Assembly: GCA_964188305.1 (NCBI GenBank)
Contig: OZ076888.1
From: Podarcis bocagei
Taxonomy: Eukaryota
Length of the DNA: 64,000 bases
Strand: one strand, 5' to 3'
Below are positions 50,266-62,431 of this stretch, one piece after another (within the stretch, counting starts at the first letter, position 1; each line of letters opens with the position of its first letter). The position numbers were made by a program, and so were the translations under genes. The notes beneath the pieces were generated by a model. That model was not told the origin of the DNA. It made no database searches and saw nothing but the letters and a program-made list of their open reading frames with translations.

Positions 50266-50713
50266 TGTCAGATGGCAGTGGTGGTTGCTCGTGAGTAACT
50301 AGGCAGGCCTCAGACCTGTCTTTTACAGGTTTTATTTTAGTACAAACTATTTACAGTGCAGAGCCACAAGTTCATGTCTACCTCAATCGCTAGCAGAATC
50401 CGGGAGTGCTTGTTTCCTGGACCTCCCCCAACATAAAAGTCTCATTACGCCCAGCCATTTCCTTCCTTCTTTGCACTTGAGATTTCTGCGCAGGGTGGGT
50501 GACGGAAGGGGCATGCTTCCTTCCTGGCCGGCTTGGCCAGGAGCGGTACTGAGGCTCCCACCAGCATCCTCTGGTCCTTTCACCTCTTCCCCACTGGAGG
50601 TGGGGCTTTCCTCATCACCGGAAGAGGAACTGCTTCGCAAGATTTTCGGAGGCTCCCTGTAACACAACTGCCCCTCTGTTTCCTACCCCTGTTCTGATGG
50701 CAGTTCCCTGACA
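50266..50713 (-). mobile_element. Solo LTR (448 bp)
   Basis: TGTCAG...CTGACA termini; perfect 5-bp TSD ATATC (50261-65 and 50714-18); minus-strand AATAAA at 50336-50331. Confidence 0.88.
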
Positions 50714-51446
50714 ATATCACTTCTTTTACTAAAGTTCATACCCTTCAGACAAATTTAATCCAAATATTTAATGCACGAGGAGCACTAGAATGTGTGTGGC
50801 ATACCTATGGCTCAATCAAACATTTTTCTACATGAAATGTAAATGTTATATGCTTGTCCACTTACTTTCTTCCCTATCCTGCTGTCCCCAATAATACTTC
50901 TGTATCCCAATATCAACCTGAATTTCAATCTATGTTCAGACATTAGGTTCAGGGAAGGCATGGGTGCAGGTGATATGATTGAGCATCAATTTCTGTCTGC
51001 TGCTGAGAAGAGCTGAGGATGCTCTCGTAGAAAGAAATTGAACAGGGCCAATGTGATAAAAAAAATCCTGAATAAACACACCATACTCATCAGATAAATG
51101 ATGCCTTTTTTAAACACATGAATCACAGTGGCAGCATTCACATATCATGGTAAACCACATGGCAGATGTGCAGAAGGCTCTTTCATTCCTTCCCTCTAGC
51201 CAGCAGTAGCAGCAAACCATGATCCCTGGAGAATCATGATTTGTTCCACAGCAAACAAGCCATGGTGTTATCAAGGTTTGTGTTTGGTTTACTAATCAAG
51301 GTTTGTTTGGATGAAACAAGCTATGGTATAAGCTTGGATACAACAACATGGATTGTTGCTCCCATTGGTTAGTGGAGAGGAACAAAACTATGTTTTATCC
51401 TGATGTACAAATTGTGCCTTTATGAGTGCCTTCTGAGTGGTATTAA

Positions 51447-51537
51447 ACTAAGTTTTACTCAGTAGAGCCGCTGAAATTCACGAACATGACTAAGGTCTAT
51501 TAATTTCAATGGGCTTACCCTGAGTAAAACTTAGTTA
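51447..51537. repeat. Short fold-back element
   Basis: AACTAAGTTTTACTCAG ... CTGAGTAAAACTTAGTT, perfect 17-bp inverted repeat. Confidence 0.75.
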
Positions 51538-51785
51538 ACTGTCACTTCTGAGATTGTATTTGCATTGAATATATATCTTTTACATTTATTTCTAACTGCT
51601 TAGAAGCTTATTTTGGCATTAAGTAGTACATAATTTTTAAATTATTATTTCTGAATTAAGTTAAGAACATTGCTAGTTATGCTTGCAAGTGATATTTTGG
51701 TCTGGGATTACCATAGGTGAAACATACAGCCCCCCTGCCCAAAAATTAGAAATATTTTAAAATTTTTATATGTGTTCTTTTCTAG

Positions 51786-51980
51786 TCTCGCATATAGTGG
51801 ATGTTAATATTCTCCAGGATTTGCTGGCATATGTGTCTTCCAAGCAAGCCTATCTTCAAGCTCTCCCCCAAAGGCAGACCCAGACTTTGAACAATATACA
51901 GCATATTCAACTAGATCAGCTCAAACCAGATAGATTGGTGCACACAATAGTGAAAATTATCAACATCACTGTGCTATCAG
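51786..51980 (+). CDS. SHLD2: SHLD2 coding exon 3
   Basis: 195 nt; ILQDLLAYVSSKQAYLQALPQRQ...LVHTIVKIINITVLS; AG/GT flanks. Confidence 0.95.
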
Positions 51981-52702
51981 GTGAGTTGACTTTTTAATCC
52001 TATATTTCACTGGGGCTGTATCTTAAGATTGAAAAGAATAAGGTGGGCATGGTAGTTCCCTAGCTACAGATTTAAAAAACCTAAGAGTAGACCTTGAAAA
52101 GATACCTCCCTCCGACTTACCTGTCTGAGAGAAAACAGCCACTAAGCATGTTAATGCAAATATTTGAAAGGAAGCTTTTATGTCCAGGATGCAGAGTACT
52201 ATATGGCTTATTCCATGTGCCCAAAGACTTGTTTTTAAAAAACATCCCTTCATGTTCCACATAGTAATCCCTTTTCAAAACCAAGGGGACTTTCAAAGTA
52301 TATAGTTTGTGCTCTGGCATGGAGATCTGCTGTTCAAAGGGGGAAGGTCAAAACCAAAAGTAGTTCATTGTCTTGTAGTCTAAAGCAGCATATAAATACA
52401 ATATATTTGATGGGGCCAGGTCACTCAATGTTTGGGAAAAGATTTTCAGGAAATGTTGATCAACCATTAACTTGTACCATTTCCTAATTGTGGTTCATAA
52501 TAGTTTCTGAAAATATGATTGTTTAATATGGTGTAGTTAACCAGGTTTCACCTGGTGCACGTTCAGCTGAATTGTTAGTTTTCCCCTCTTGCATATAATT
52601 TTAGGTGTCAAAATTCTGCTTGACTTAACATCAGCACCCTCAACTACTTCCCCCTCAACTTCTATATAAATCATGTTTGCGTTTGCAATATTTTATCTAT
52701 AG

Positions 52703-52837
52703 AATCTACATACAGTTACAAAGGAGAAACAAAAAGAAAAATTATTTTAACAGTGGAACAGATGAAGGACCAGCATTATGGCTTGGTGTTATGGGGCGCT
52801 CTATCGGCTCACTGTCCTCAGCTTCAAAGGAAAAGAG
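52703..52837 (+). CDS. SHLD2: SHLD2 coding exon 4
   Basis: 135 nt; [32 protein letters not shown]...PQLQRKR; AG/GT flanks. Confidence 0.95.
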
Positions 52838-54034
52838 GTAAAAAGTCACTACTTGGTTTAATGCAATATTTGTGGAATTCTTTGTGTAATCCATTGACAT
52901 AGGGCAACAGAAGGGAGCAAACAGTATGTTATCATTTGACCCTAATCTCCTTTTTGTTTGAAATGGCTATCTCATACTGTATAATACAAATGCCTGTCAA
53001 ATATATGGCTGATTTCTTACTTCTGAAATAGCAATATCAATCACTTTTGCAACTGTTTCAGTTTGTTTCCAAATAGTTACTAACTAGTTAAGGCTTTTGT
53101 GTTAAGCAACACAAATTCACACAGTAGTCTTGATTTATGTTAGAACTAGCAAACTGCCTATCGTTATGTGATATATGTCCATGTATATTGCAGGGTCATC
53201 TTGTGTGTCCCTGTGCAAAAATATTAAGATTTCTGCTCTTTAAACAACTGCAGGTAGCTGACTGCTTTTTATAGCATTTATTTCAAGCTCTGCTTTGTTA
53301 AATTAAGGCAAAGAAATCTAGCATTGTGCCCTTCTTTGTCATTCAACCTTGCAATTTAGTCTACAGTTAGTTTTGTGAGTAATTTGAAATTTCAAACAAT
53401 TTGTGTTTAATCATTAAAGGACTATATCTGGAAGGTAAGATAAGACTTGTGTTCTTAACTGTCCAAATATCTATCTCTGTTGAAAAATCCTAAATGTTCC
53501 TATCAAGACTACCAGGATCAGGAGTTTACTTCATGCCAACCAGGGCTGTAGGTCATGACAACTGAGCATTATGCCTAACTCACCATAGAGCAGCATGTGG
53601 TGGTCATTCATAGTACTACTGAGCATAGGAAAATAGATCAGCATACAGAGGTCATTTCTGTTGGAAATCAAAGTATTTACAAGCCATTATTTCATTATAA
53701 ATATATTAAGTATGTGAGAGTGTAATCTTGAGCACGTTCCTCAGAAGATACAGTAACATTTATTCTGAATATAAAGAAGTGTTCATATGTATTGAAATTG
53801 AAATACCACTATCTTTTGTTGCAAGGATTGTAAAGAGATGTTGGGCAGCAGTTTTGGTCATGATCTGTAAGCCAGGAAATTGAAATCTCTTCCCAGCTAT
53901 GAGTACACTAGGAGACCTTTAGCGGTTGCCTTCTCTCAGCTTGATTGTAATGAAATATTCATCCAATAGGAGCAAGCCCAAACCATGCAATACGTGACCT
54001 GTGTGGGAATTGACCATATGTTGTGTGTCTATGT

Positions 54035-54339
54035 CATTGTCATAGCTGTCAACTTTTTCCTTTTTTTAAGGGAAATTCCTTTATTCCGAATAGGATTCCT
54101 CTCAAGAAAAGGGAAAAGCTATGGTGATGGGTAGGCAAACTAAAGCCCGGAACCGGCCCTATCACCTTCTAAATCCAGCCCGTGGACGGTCCGGGAATCA
54201 GCATGTTTTTACATGAGTAGAATGTATGCTTTTATTTAAAATGCATCTCTGGGTTATTTGTGGGGCATAGGAATTCGTTCATTATTATTTTTTCCAAAAT
54301 ATAGTCCGGCCCCCTGCTTAAAAAGTTTGCTGACCCCTG
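54035..54339. mobile_element. hAT element (inverted relative of 26093) interrupted near its left end by a second short element
   Basis: Perfect 8-bp TSD GTCTATGT (54027-34 and 54340-47); insert CATAGCT...AGCTATG at ~54041-54123. Confidence 0.75.
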
Positions 54340-54816
54340 GTCTATGTGATTTGGATTCTAAAGGCATTGGCCCTGTGCAAACTTTCATTGGCTGAGGAAC
54401 CTGTGGCCCTCCAGATGTTGCTTGACTACAGCTCCTAGCATCCCTGTCATTGGCCGTGCTGGCTGGGACTGATGCAAGTTAGGGTCTAGCAGCATCTGGA
54501 GGGCCACAGCTTCTCCACCCCTGCTTTACATTCATACATGGGACAGATGCATTTGGTGAGTAGGATGGGTTGGTCCTGATGTGACTTCCTCCACCACTCA
54601 TAGCATCTCCCAAGCAAGATGTTTGTGTAAACTAGGCAAATTTATCTGGTTTGTAAACACTCAAAATGCTATCTATTTATTTTTTGCACACAGCATTGAA
54701 GGTATTCCTCTTTTTCATCATCTCTGAAAGTGCACTATTCCATCCAAAGTTTTCTGTGGCTATTAACAAGGAATTAGAATCTAAAATTCTAAGTGGGGTT
54801 ATTCTTTTCTTCTTAG

Positions 54817-55023
54817 ACCACATATGGGAATTCAAATACCTATTTGTAAAACACAGTCCTATCTCTGGTGAACTCGAATTGCATACAACACCATGGACAT
54901 CTTTGGAGTGCCTCTTCGATGATGATAGAAGAGCTATTGAGTTCAAAGAGAAGTTTCAGAAGGATGTCACATCACTGATGGGTATAACTACTCTTGCTGC
55001 ACTTCTGGAGGGGAAATGTTCTG
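54817..55023 (+). CDS. SHLD2: SHLD2 coding exon 5 (symmetric, 69 codons)
   Basis: 207 nt, phase 1-1; DHIWEFKYLF...LELHTTPWTSLECLFDDD...GKCS. Confidence 0.95.
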
Positions 55024-55537
55024 GTGAGATTTTCATTCTTTTTTCTTTCCTCTTTTTAAGGGAGTGGGATTTTCTTGCTCCTTTATTAAATTGTACTGAA
55101 GAGCTTTGAGAGGGCAAATTACAGCAATTAAAAATAAAAAAGGAGCACACAATGCCAAGTATCTAATTAAATTAGAGTTGTCCCACATCTGTGCAGTCCT
55201 GGTGATTGAATGCCAACCCAAAGGGAAATATGTTTAATGCTCTTTCAATAAGTATATGGACCATTAGGAAAAGAGAACTCCAAGTGTCACTCCCTGTGTC
55301 CTTGTTGGTCTAATTTGGTTCAGTGAAGAAGAGCTGTTTAGGCTGCAATCTAACACACCTTAAAAACAATCCAATTGAACTCAATGGGGTTTACTGTAGA
55401 CTAAGATTAAGATTAGAATAAGATTAAAATTAGTTTACATGATAGTTCAAGTAGCTACCATTATTCAGTTGGCAATAATGATTTACCTGTTTTCTTGGCA
55501 GCAGAAGAGACTAGACAACTCCTTTATGTTTCCGTAG

Positions 55538-55772
55538 GAATGATCCAAGTGAAAGCCTGCATCTCAGAGTTGAAGTTTGCTGTTGCCTCTTCTCCACATG
55601 GACAACTTGTCTTTGATTATAAAACTTCACTGCAGCAGATATTTGCTTCTCTTACTCAGATCACCTATGCGGGCTGTGCAAAATGTGGACTTGAACTACA
55701 AATAGATGATAACAAGATCTACAGACAGTGTGTTAGCTGCTTACCCTCTAATAAAGTGAAGATATTCTACAG
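55538..55772 (+). CDS. SHLD2: SHLD2 coding exon 6 (CxxC...CxxC motif in the third OB fold)
   Basis: 235 nt; YAGCAKCGLELQIDDNKIYRQCVSCLP...KIFYR; AG/GT flanks. Confidence 0.95.
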
Positions 55773-56530
55773 GTAAAAAAGTGTGTATATAATGAATATA
55801 TGAATGAATGTGTGAGAGTGAAGGAGAATCACTTTACGGTAGCTGCCATGTTAACATATGAATCTGGCCCGCAGGAGTATTATTGTAAAAGGGGATACGT
55901 TTTATTTATACTTCCACATTCTATCCATAACATTGTTTTAAAGGGAATCAGTCCAGTCTGGTGAAATGCTCCCAGGGTCAGATTGAGTCAATTACATTCA
56001 CTAGGCTTGTGGTTTTCTGTCACCCTACTCTTACTGCTTTGGTATGAATGGGTAGTAGAAAAACTGATAATACTTTGTGTGAGTTTTTCACAGAGGGTTG
56101 AAGGGTAAGTAGATTCTTCTGGTAGATGAAGACAAATCCTATGGAAGGGCAAGTGTACAGCTGTGTGCCTTGGCATCCCTATCCTGTTGCAGCCCATAGC
56201 AATGAGCACCTTGTGGAGGAGCCAAGTGTCTCACACTCCTTTCTGGGAATTATGAGATTAGCAGGCCAGGTTATAAATGCAACCTTTTAATATAAGCATT
56301 GTTTACACCATTTAAATATTGAACGTGTTTATGGTGTATAAACCCGAAAGACCATCAAGTTCCCATTTAAAGTATTAGTTTAGTTTTTATGTCCTTCCAT
56401 ATACCAAGCAAACAATGTTGTGGTGCAACAGGATAAAAACACCTCAGTCTAACAGAAACTGTGTTTGGTCAGTGTTACAGAACTAAGTGTTAATGCATAT
56501 CTTTGTATAAATTACTATTACTTCATTAGT

Positions 56531-56594
56531 AATTTCGTTGTCCCCGAAGGGGGCAATGACAATAAAGATATTATTATTATTATTATTATTATTA
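56531..56594 (+). mobile_element. LINE 3' terminal stem-loop plus (ATT)n tail (Rex1/Babar-like)
   Basis: AATTTCGTTGTCCCC-GAAG-GGGGCAATGACAATAAAG hairpin followed by ATT repeats. Confidence 0.55.
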
Positions 56595-57769
56595 CAAAGT
56601 GTGATCTTTGGGTTGTATCAGCCAAAGTCCATCCCAGTCACACAAGGACTTCAGCTTGTGCAACAGAACTTCCCCTTCCACTCCTCTCTTCCGAAGGGAA
56701 CCCCCAAGAACAGCTTTGGTATACATGCAGGGGGAGGAGTGGGGAAGTTCCATTGCACAGGCAGAAACAGGATATACAAACAGGATGGTTTCATTGGATA
56801 GAAATCTCTATTTTTATCTATCTGTTTTGGTGATTCCCATGGTAATAAAAGTTGCTGACAGAGCTTGAGGCTGAAGTCCAAAAGGTTTATGGGTACCAGT
56901 GTAACACAGCGACCCCTGGAAAACTGTTGGAGCAGCAATTCATTAAAAACTAGAAACAGCATCATGTTTTAAGAAGCCAATTACCTTTCTGAAATAATTC
57001 AGCAACTTCTGTTGGAAGAGAAACCTGACAACAAACACTAGGTGGCAGTAGTGGATAGTTTATGCAGGTGGGAAACCCCCGCCCCACAAAATCCACAGAT
57101 GCATCTGACTTTATTATATATAGCAATAGCTGATATTTGAGGTGGTCTCTTTCAGAAATGTTAAGGGCTTTGTAGCAACTCTGCAGTTAGCATTCACATG
57201 GAGACAATTTACTGTAGAGAGAGGCAAATGGCGGGTTTGTCCATAGTCTTATACACCAAGTTTTGTACAACATAATTTTGTACTTGTCTGCAAGAGATGT
57301 ATAGAAATCCTATTGTGAAAATCCTATTTGAAAGGGTTTCTTAAATGAATTTATCACCTACCAACATTTCTTTTGCCTATTAGATTTGTTGAAAGGCAAA
57401 TACTGGATCTGATTTGCATTTATGATTATGGATTCTTGTCTGGTTTAAGGAACTGCATGCAACAATTAAATTAACGTGACATTTCTCTTTCCTGGTCCAC
57501 TTAATTGCTCCTTGGGTTTCTACAGCTTATTTTTAACTCTGCAGCAAGGATTGAAAATAATGGCATGGCGGGCAGTTAAGAATGTGAAAGTGTGCCTTGC
57601 ATCTCTCTTTCTCTCCCTTTATGTATATTAATGTAAAGTTTCTATTTCAGGTGTGGGTATGTGAATTTACATCCTGCCTTCCGCCTCCCTCCTCCCAAAA
57701 ATGGAATTTAACATATTATAATAGTTAAAATCTGATTGTTGTAGTAAAACCAAATAATAATTACATCTA

Positions 57770-58110
57770 AAGGTAAAGGGACCCCTGACCATTAGGTCCA
57801 GTCATGACCGACTCTGGGGTTGCGGCGCTCATCACGCTTTATTGGCTGAGGGAGCCGGCGTACAACTTCCGGGTCATGTGGCCAGCATGACTAAGCCGCT
57901 TCTGGCAAACCAGAGCAGCGCATGGAAACGCCATTTACCTTCCCGCTGCTATTTATCTACTTGCACTTTGACGTGCTTTCAAACTGCTAGGTTGGCAGGA
58001 GCAGGGATCGAGCAATGGGAGCTCACCCCATTTCGGGGATTTGAATAGCCGACCTTCTGATCGGCAAGTCCTAGGCTCTGTGGTTCAATCCGCAGCGCCA
58101 CCTGCATCCC
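57770..58110 (-). mobile_element. Sauria-type SINE
   Basis: tRNA-like head at the right end, ACCTTT-repeat tail at the left; 14-bp TSD AATAATTACATCTA/AATAGTTACATCTA. Confidence 0.9.
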
Positions 58111-58671
58111 AATAGTTACATCTACAAGCCTTTAATTTCCTGTAGTGGTTTTGACTTTATAAGAGCATGACGTTTGGTGAAATCTTTCCCAGTGACCTTA
58201 TCAGGAACTGATAATGCTGTAGTTAGAAGCCAGTGTCCTGTGTTAATTATTTAGTATATTTCGAAATTAAGCATCTCAACCTGCTTCTCTTTGAAATTGC
58301 AATTTATTTGTAGTTGATTAAAAGTATTAGTGGGGGACTGAAATAGCTGCTCAGCTGCCAACTGATTTGGTTCACCTTAATTGCTTGCATACAGAGAGCG
58401 AACTGATTAAGCACCACCATTAGTCAAGTGTTTGGAACTTCAAAGCTGAGAACGTCCTTGACTCAAGAAGCCAAAAGTTAGATATGCTTGAGTATACTTC
58501 CCCCCCTTGAATTTATTCTGAATCACATGACCTGTTTTGAAGGGTCAGCTGCAAACATGTATTTATTTTTTATTTATTTTAAAAAGCTTAGTCTTATTGC
58601 TCTACTTCTCTCCCCCCCTCCGACTCTGCCTTTGTGGATTTGAACAACAAATGGAGGTGTTCATAAGTATA

Positions 58672-59023
58672 AAGGTACCCCTGCCCATACGGGCCAGTCT
58701 TGACAGACTCTAGGGTTGTGCGCCCATCTCACTCAAGAGGCCAGGGGCCAGCGCTGTCCAGAGACACTTCCGGGTCACGTGGCCAGCGTGACAAAGCTGC
58801 ATCTGGCAAGCCAGCGCAGCACACGGAAACGCCGTTTACCTTCCCGCCAGTAAGCGGCCCCTATTTATCTACTTGCACCTGGGGGTGCTTTCGAACTGCT
58901 AGGTTGGCAGGCGCTGGGACCGAGCAACGGGAGCGCACCCCGCCGCAGGGATTCGAACCGCCGACCTTTCGATCGGCAAGCCCTAGGCGCTGAGGCTTTT
59001 ACCTACAGCGCCACCCGTGTCCC
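58672..59023 (-). mobile_element. Sauria-type SINE, second subfamily
   Basis: Collinear with 57770-58110; perfect 14-bp TSD TGTTCATAAGTATA (58658-71 and 59024-37); CpGs retained. Confidence 0.9.
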
Positions 59024-59343
59024 TGTTCATAAGTATAGAACTTCATAAATGAGTGGTACTATTTTCTTTGGGAAATTATAAGATGTTGTCTTTAGGCACA
59101 GCCCTCTGACACTGGATGGTCTCCAAGATCATCATTTCAGTTTTCAGTTATAGGGTAGAGAACAAGATTCATAGCACGTTTCAGATGCCTGTCCTTTGAC
59201 ATTTTCAAGATTTTAACTGCACTACAGTTAAACTGTTTCATTTAAATACAGCTTAAAAAACTAACAGTATAACTGCACCGTAACCTCTCCCCCCTGTAGC
59301 CCCCAATAAGCGCTCAACTGTGTGGTTGGGGGATTCTCAAGAG

Positions 59344-59479
59344 CAGGCTTCCTCAACCTCGGCCCTCCAGATGTTTTTGGCCTACAACTCCCATGATCCC
59401 TAGCTAGCAGGACTGGTGGTCAGGGATGATGGGAATTGTAGTCTCAAAACATCTGGAAGGCCGAGGTTGAGGAAGCCTG
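59344..59479. mobile_element. Palindromic hAT MITE
   Basis: Near-perfect fold-back CAGGCTTCCTCAACCTCGGCC...GGCCGAGGTTGAGGAAGCCTG; TSD CTCAAGAG/CTCTAGAG; older relatives at ~13905-14025 and ~54395-54523. Confidence 0.85.
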
Positions 59480-60396
59480 CTCTAGAGCAAGGGAGTTGCA
59501 ATCGATAAGCTCCCCAAACTGTATTTTATTGTGGTTAACTTATAATACCTCACAATAACCAGATATATGTATTCCCCTCCCTATACAAAAGGCTGAGTCA
59601 AAAGAACAAAGTTATTGATTACATTTCCCCAAAGATTCTTCCAATATAAAGATCTTCTCTCTAAGCAACAATGCAGTTGAGCTTCTTCCTACGGATCCTT
59701 GTTCATCTGGAATTACAAGGGCTTGAAAATATGAGCATATAATTTTGTGGCAACCTTTTGAACAGGCTTTTCTTTTTAGAAATTAAACAATGTTCTTCTT
59801 AATATGTATTTTATTATTTAAAATGCCCAAATACCTGATATTCAAGTACATGAGATCTAGAAGGAATTAGAAATTCTTCACGTAATCATAGTTTCCCCTC
59901 TTGCTCATGTCTGGAATATCCGAATAGAGTGTTGCAGTCACTCTGGCTGTAAGTATTCAGCTTCTAAAGTGTCATAAATATATTACCACTTTAAAATACA
60001 AGGAAAGGCTACTGAAACAATACACTAGCATATTGTGTAGAAGCAAATTTTGCCTGCTTATTCAATCAAGGTACCTTACCGAGTCATTAAATCAAGATAA
60101 TGTCATTAAATCAACTTGTCATGGATAACAGTATGCGACTGAATGTGATAATACTCTTAATTATCTTATCCTCAGGTTTAATGAAAAATTAAGCCATTAA
60201 ACACAAGCACTGACAGGACACGTATTTTAAATACGCTTAATTAGTATATTGATTGTTAAACCCCATATTGATATTTTTTATTGTTTATGTAGAGAATTAT
60301 GCATAAAAACTGGTTTAATAAGCCGGCTGTTTCCGTAATAAACATTGACTTGACTTGACTTAGTACTGATAGCACTTTTCCTGTTTCCTCCTTTAG

Positions 60397-60512
60397 ACCT
60401 GCACTGATGACTGTAGAGGATGGGAAATGTGATGTGTCCGTTCAAGTGGCGTCAGAACTAATGGAGAAAATGTTCCTCAATATTCCAGCAGAGTGGCTGA
60501 ACAAGGCTATAG
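60397..60512 (+). CDS. SHLD2: SHLD2 coding exon 7
   Basis: 116 nt; PALMTVEDGKCDVSVQVASELMEKMFLNIPAEWLNKAI; AG/GT flanks. Confidence 0.94.
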
Positions 60513-60530
60513 GTAATACACTATGAATTG

Positions 60531-60764
60531 CAGTGGTACCTCGTGTTACATATGCTTCACGTTACATGTGCTTCAGATTACAGACTCCGCTAACCCAGAA
60601 ATAGTACCTCGGGTTAAGAACTTTGCTTCAGGATGAGAACAGAAATCGTGCTCCGGCGGCAGCAGGAGGCCCCATTAGCTAAAGTGGTGCTTCAGGTTAA
60701 GAACAGTTTCAGGTTAAGAACGGACCTCCGGAACGAAGCGAGTACTTAACCTGAGGTACCACTG
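60531..60764. mobile_element. MITE family A
   Basis: CAGTGGTACCTC...GAGGTACCACTG|TA; left TSD reads TG. Confidence 0.88.
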
Positions 60765-61923
60765 TATTTGTGTAACTGAATAAAAAAAGCAGACAAAACT
60801 TAGTGGTCAAATGTTTGCGGCTATTCAACTTCTACTTATGTGAAGTGGGAGTTCTCCCTAATGCCAGTCCTTTAAAAAAAATCCTCATTAAACTTAAACT
60901 GGGAGAGGTTTATTCAGGTGTTTCTCCGACAGAGACATATCAACTGTTCTGGGAACTTTTTCCACTCTGGGGGCAGAGGCCTGGTTTGCATGCTCCATTA
61001 AACCATAGTTTGCTGCTCCTGGCTCTGCCATGTGTGGGGGAAAACAAACCAGCCTGGCTTGGTGCAACATGCAAACACAGGTGTCATGGGTAGGTAAGTT
61101 GAGGGTTATGTGGTCTGGGAGGGTAAACTGGGCCAATGGGAATGTTACTCCGTTTTCTAAATATATTGCAGCCTATCTTAGAGCCCTTATCTTGTGCTTT
61201 ATCCCCGTCTCAGGCCTCTTTCCTTTGCTTTTCACAATATCTTGGCAGGCAGATATTGGCTCTAGCATGAGAAAAAATGGTATAAAACAACATTTGCCTT
61301 TTGCCCCTTTGCACCCCTGCTATCTTGTTTTACTTTGGCTTGCTTTTATAACAAAAGCACACAAACCAGCTTTGGCCTTGAGGTGTGGTCACAAATGAGG
61401 AAGGAGTAAAGCACTCACAAGCACCAAACCATAGTCCAAGCAATGGTTTGATGCTATGTGTTAACCAGGCTGTAGATGACTTCGCTAAGTGAATTATTAA
61501 CTACTGTTTTGCATCTTCTGAATGCCATTGAACAGTATATCACCCCTTCTACTTTAGAAAACCACAGGAGAGAGGGGTGGTGCTTCTGTGAGTATTCTGC
61601 AGACATCCACTGCCCCCCCCCTTGTACAGTCATGGGGTTTCCTCAGTATTAACCAAGAATCCAATGTCAGTGACAGGCTTCACTCTTTCTGAACACTTAT
61701 ATTTTTAAATTTTAGATAGTTGTGAATGGATTACCCTGCTTTACTGAAAGTCACAAAATGCTTCATATTGTTCTAAAGGAAAGATTATTGGGGAGCCCTG
61801 TTAGGGCCTATTTTTCCTGTTCTTGTATGAGGAGGCTTTTCCAGGGAGAATAGCTTATCTTGAGTGTAAACTGGAAAGGAGTCGTGTGATAATAATGTTT
61901 GAACCATTCATTGTTTCTTGCAG

Positions 61924-62096
61924 TGCCTTCTTTAGAGACCACATACGGCATGATAGTAGCAGATCTGTGTCATTCGCTGCTCACAGACACACAAGCATCC
62001 TATATTTTGGAAATCAGGAGCCATTTTGTACTGGATGAAAATAGCTACCCTTTGGAGAAGACTTTCAATTTGCTGGATTTTCATCTTGATCTCTGA
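61924..62096 (+). CDS. SHLD2: SHLD2 final coding exon
   Basis: 173 nt; [20 protein letters not shown]...[23 protein letters not shown] then TGA; spliced total 2607 nt = 868 aa. Confidence 0.95.
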
Positions 62097-62425
62097 ATAT
62101 ATATACTGAAATCAAATATTTATTTTTAATGATTTTTAAAATATCCCAGGTTTTGTATTTTTGTAGATACCCTTTGTATTATTTATGAGCAGCAATTATT
62201 TCTGTGCAAGATCCTTCTGGTAATTATTATGAAACTAGCTTTTGTGACTAATATTGCTCTTGCCATTATTTTTCTTCTAGAAGCAAGATTAATTATTGGG
62301 GTATTTTGAAAACATCCAGTCAACATTTTAAATGTCTTACCTAAGAAACTACTTTTCCCTACTCCACCCTTCCATATGAACCCCAATTTTCTTACCATTT
62401 TTTACCATTGTACAGTGATATTTAT

Positions 62426-62431
62426 AATAAA
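62426..62431 (+). terminator. Probable SHLD2 polyadenylation signal
   Basis: First AATAAA ~330 nt after the stop, followed by T/GT-rich sequence; another AATAAA near 62542. Confidence 0.55.

Noticed and set aside
54666-55109. ORF extensions on either side of SHLD2 exons (also 51770, 55495 and 61899)
   Set aside because: Intronic read-through; SHLD2 similarity is confined between the AG/GT sites
58900-59023. tRNA-like A/B box sequence
   Set aside because: It is the head of a SINE bounded by TSDs, not a tRNA gene
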